Of a stretch of 64,000 bases of DNA, positions 63,712 through 64,000 are shown in pieces; the stretch's first letter is position 1; every line of letters begins with the position of its first letter. Location: contig JAWMAR010000311.1 in NCBI GenBank assembly GCA_036785375.1, positions 1 through 64,000 on the forward strand. Reading direction: 5' to 3'. The notes under the pieces were generated by a model, which was not told where the DNA came from, did no database searches, and worked only from the letters and a program-made list of their open reading frames with translations. This stretch comes from Leucoraja ocellata. Its lineage: Eukaryota. Both the position numbers and the translations under genes were made by a program.

Positions 63712-64000
63712 TGTGTAGGAAGGAACTGCAGTTGATGGTTTGCCTGAGGATAGACACAAATTGCTGGAGTAACTCAGCGGGACAGGCAGCATCTCTGGAG
63801 AGAAGGAATGGATGAGGTTTTGGGTCAAAACCCTGCTTCAGACTAGTTAGGGGTAAGGGAAACGAGAGATGTAGATAATGATGTAGAGAGATAAAGAACA
63901 ATGAATGAAAGATATGCAAAGAAGTAACAATGACGAAGGTAACAAGACATTGTTAGCTGTTTATTGGGTGAAAAAGAGGTGGTGTGACTTGGGTGGGGGG
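63712..64000 (-). mobile_element. Penelope-like 3' end running off the window
   Basis: tgtgtaggaaggaactgcag...gatagacacaaa terminal repeat; UTR closely matches 780-905 in reverse. Confidence 0.85.

Noticed and set aside
1-64000. CRISPR array or prokaryotic-type operon/defence system
   Set aside because: No regularly spaced repeat-spacer array and no gene-dense ORFs; the recurring motifs are dispersed vertebrate retroelements.

Overview
Eukaryotic, repeat-dense vertebrate DNA. The repeat set (HE1/V-type tRNA SINEs sharing a tail with CR1/HER1-like LINEs, Rex1/Babar, L1, Penelope-like elements) points to a cartilaginous fish, probably a skate or ray; this is an inference. No complete protein-coding gene is visible, and almost all listed ORFs are repeat fragments or microsatellite translations. 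The non-repeat signal is a CpG-rich promoter/first-exon-like domain (~20.5-27.5 kb), a well-defined 92-nt exon at 49353-49444, two weaker candidate exons (3140-3233, 13851-13932) and several enhancer-like unique blocks. The most interesting structure is about 20-25 copies, counted by eye and many degenerate, of a Penelope-derived terminal repeat carrying a minimal hammerhead-ribozyme core (CTGAAGA-stem-GAAACGTC), often as fold-back inverted units. Also present: two PIF/Harbinger-type MITEs inserted at TTA, a palindromic Tc1 remnant, an L1 3' end with TSD, an unclassified GC-rich ~1 kb retroposon and a degenerate 15-bp fold-back array. I see no convincing wholly new system. Repeat boundaries are approximate unless TSDs or TIRs are quoted.
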